Source of the DNA: Tubiluchus corallicola
Taxonomy: Eukaryota > Animalia > Priapulida
Assembly: GCA_030141605.1 (NCBI GenBank)
Contig: JAQGDQ010000037.1
Location: forward strand, 620,001 to 684,000
Length of the DNA stretch: 64,000 nucleotides
Direction of reading: 5' to 3'
Positions 60,861 to 64,000 of this stretch are shown here, one piece after another. Positions within the stretch are counted from its first letter, which is position 1; each line of letters starts with the position of its first letter. Under the pieces are notes generated by a model. The model searched no databases. It was not told the origin of the DNA and saw only the letters and a program-made list of their open reading frames with translations. A program made the position numbers and the translations under genes.

Positions 60861-63226
60861 GTCTATCCTTTAGCACTACAGCATGGACGAAGAAGCATGA
60901 AGCTTGTAAACTATTCTTTTACTTTATCTACTTCTGCTAGGGCACTAAAATATTGCAATGATTTCACCAACATTAATTACATTTATTTTAATTAGCTTAT
61001 TGTTGACTGATAATTTCTAATCTTCATGCAATAGTCCGAGTAAAAAATTACAGGTGTTGAAATATGTACATCTTTAATAACTTTTCAGCCATTTGTATAA
61101 AGCTAATGAATTGTTTGGTTTTCTATATTAACAAATAAGGGATCTCACATAAAGAAGAAAATTTTGTACTTTAATTCCATAAGTATTTGCTACTCGGCTG
61201 AAGATGTGCTTTACTAACCAAATTTTTGTTCATCTGCTCAAGCTGTAGAGGTCGTGCAGCGTCAGAACATCTGAATCTGAACCGGTTCCTGTTTATTTTA
61301 AATGTTACCACCAATGTCACAGTTTTACTGCTGACAAGTTTCAAAGATTTTCTTTTTCTAGGCATTGTTATCAAACATTGCCAGATTAGTAACAAATACA
61401 AATGCTTGCTCGTTTTTTCACGAGTTATTTTTTTTTAAAATCACGTAGATACGTGGGTTGGTGAAGGCTGAACTCATTTGCTGTCTAATAATTTCATGAT
61501 ACCAACATCAATAGTGTTAAAAATAAAGAAAATCTTTAAAATTTGTCAACAATAAATCAGATAAGGATTATGACTGAACGCTGTGATATACTGATAGAAA
61601 GTTTTAAATTGATACTTCACGAAATGTTTTCGCCAACGAATTGTAAAGGTCTTATATCCCCGTTTTGAAGTTCTTGTCGCAATTTTCTTCTAATTATTTA
61701 TTATTAATCATTTTTGTTTTATTCTATTTACGTTATTTCAATGTGATTATTACTTCTTTAGCACGACCTTTCACATCAAAATATTATGCTTCTGGTTAAC
61801 TTTATATTTGTACCTCTAGCTAATACCCCAGTAGGTGCAAAATTTGCTGAGATACAGGCTATTTGTAACAGTCAAACTATATTACAATGCTAATGTTTTT
61901 GCAAAGTGATTATCTTAGTGAAACATTACTGCAATTAAAATGTTCGTATTTACATGTAGTTTTTGTAGAACTTGTCGCAATTTTTGTGCAAGTTCTGTAT
62001 AAATACTACAAAGAGGCAAACTACAATATTGACGATGCTGTTATGTATGTATTAACGTACGTTTCAAAATGTTACCCTTCTGTGTATCACACTAAATTAT
62101 GATCTTATAAATTAAATCATCGCTTTTTACAGCCTCTAATAGTTTCACTTCATTTTCTATTTTGTTTGGATTATTTTCATATTCGGATTTTTTTTGCAAA
62201 TGTTAACACTATTAGGATATATAGATTTTTTTAACCTTCCCTTTAGATGTATTAAATTTTTCCGTTATAGATCACCGGTAAAACTGTTTCTTATGCCTGG
62301 TAGTCATTACAATGGTAGACTGATTATTTTAATGCATATTCAGGTGACTACTCTGGGTTACAGTACTCGAGAATTCAGCTAATAACTAATAAACACCAAA
62401 CTTTCAATTCCATCATCGTCAAGCAAAGTTGACTGTTAATGTGTTGCATGTCTGTGAAATCGTGTTGTGTAAATGTGCTAGCCGTTATTAAATTTAGGAT
62501 TAGAACAAATAAGTTGTTTTGACTATTTAAAACTGCTGTATTTATAATTGTAAACAAATTGGTTTTTAACGTATCATTACAATATGTATGACAGCTGTGG
62601 AATCTGTGCATTGCTTCCAAGCCAGTGCTTGATTTCTTTAATGTTAATTTGCTCCCATGCCACGTTGATATGCCAAATGTAATTTATATAATGTCTAATC
62701 ATTCTACTCTGCTTCAAGTGCTGCCGTTTGCCTTCGAAATTTTCTGAAATACTGTTCTTGTTGTCATATAGTAATGTGGGAGATATAATGTTCGTGCTTA
62801 CTAGTAAAACTATATAATATTCTATTTGTAGCTACCCAGATGCATGGAAAGTTGGGCAAGATTTTTTTATGAAATTTTGTGATTTAAAAACGAACTTTTT
62901 GTCGCATTTATATGTTTGTTGTTACACAGAAAAACATTCTGTTCGCAGCATTCAACTTCGCACAGAAATGTGAATGTTCTTTCAATCCAACAAGAATAAT
63001 ACGCATAATTTGAACTGTAAATTGTTACACCTTAACACCAAAAAAAAAACAAGAATGTGTAACGACCTTTGTTGTCCAGCCGACATCACGTTCATCCTTT
63101 TTGTGAATTCTCTTCTATCTTATTATTTACCAATATAAGAAGCAAATCCTCAGTCAAGCAGAAATCATTTCTATCAATTTGAAGAAAGACAAGCATAGTA
63201 CAGTTTTAAACAATAAATAATAATGA

Positions 63227-63511
63227 TTAATCCTTTTCGGCAATTGCAGATAGATGCACATCTATTTCTTCTTCAGTAAGAATCCTATAAATAAAAATAA
63301 ATAATCATAACATACATTGAGAATCGTACGTGTACAATAAAAAGGAGATGGATTTATGTACTATTGTGATTACAAAATAATGAGTACAATTATTATCACA
63401 AAACAAAAGTACATACTTAAATTCTGGATGATCCTTGTCTACAGTCGCGACTTCCAGCTCTGATGCTTTAAAGTCGGCTGACAGAACCGTTGATAAGCAA
63501 GTAATCGCAGT
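63227..63511 (-). CDS. PSMA6: Proteasome subunit alpha type-6, last two exons (63511-63417, 63284-63227); the rest of the gene lies right of the window
   Basis: Spliced peptide [50 protein letters not shown] matches the PSMA6 C-terminus; GT-AG sites in phase. Missed by the ORF track. Confidence 0.93.
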
Positions 63512-63576
63512 CTATAGCAATAAGAATATGATTTGTAGTTAGGAATCATATCAACTAATATCAAAATATACACCTA

Positions 63577-63737
63577 CAGTCAAACCTCTTTATACCGCCT
63601 ACTGTGGGACTGCAAAAAAGTTGGCGTTATAACAAGTGTGGCATTATAACGAGAAGCATTAATTCATAGATGTTTGTTTTTGTTTTACTAAAAATGTGTA
63701 CGTTAAGCGAGGTTTGCGTTATAAAGAGATTTAACTG
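63577..63737. mobile_element. Short Tigger-like MITE in a PSMA6 intron
   Basis: TIR CAGTCAAACCTCTTTATA / TATAAAGAGATTTAACTG, TA flanks. Confidence 0.82.
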
Positions 63738-64000
63738 TACATAAATTTATCAATGTTTACATTAGTGACAAGATCAGTACTACAGTAACGCTGTTGCACT
63801 GAATATCGCTTTTACTAACACTAAGGACTATAATGGAAACAAATGTATTATGTATTTTATTGTATCCACAGAAAAAATAAATTTCGACTTCAACGTTTCT
63901 TTGGAGACAACCACTTTGGGATAAGAAAACAGTAGAAGAAATATGCGGTAAATATCTGTCGGTCAGACTGTCCAGTGGAAGGGGGGACTGCATATCAGTA

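Overview
AT-rich, intron-rich eukaryotic genomic DNA, most consistent with an invertebrate animal; the taxon cannot be fixed from sequence alone. Most short ORFs in the supplied track are spurious. Reading splice sites by hand gives seven genes. TUBGCP2 (-, 26 coding exons in 431-29682, last exon off the left edge) contains a U12-type AT-AC intron and a GC-AG intron. An intracellular SERPINB1-like serpin with an uninterrupted CDS is nested antisense in a 6-kb TUBGCP2 intron (+, 5934-7091). CCT5 (-, nearly all of the CDS in one 1.5-kb exon) lies head-to-head with CWC15 (+). DAW1/WDR69 (-) lies head-to-head with PP1-beta/PPP1CB (+), with start codons 310 bp apart. The last two exons of PSMA6 (-) are at the right edge. 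Introns carry non-autonomous DNA transposons of several superfamilies (Tc1/pogo-, hAT-, piggyBac- and Merlin-like) plus CR1/RTE/L2-like LINE and SINE remnants. I found no convincing new biological system. The best leads are the nested serpin, the minor-spliceosome intron, the extreme intron-density contrast between CCT5 and TUBGCP2, the compact bidirectional promoters and a PP1-beta tail lacking the CDK site. Gene identities rest on recalled similarity to human orthologues; no database search was run.
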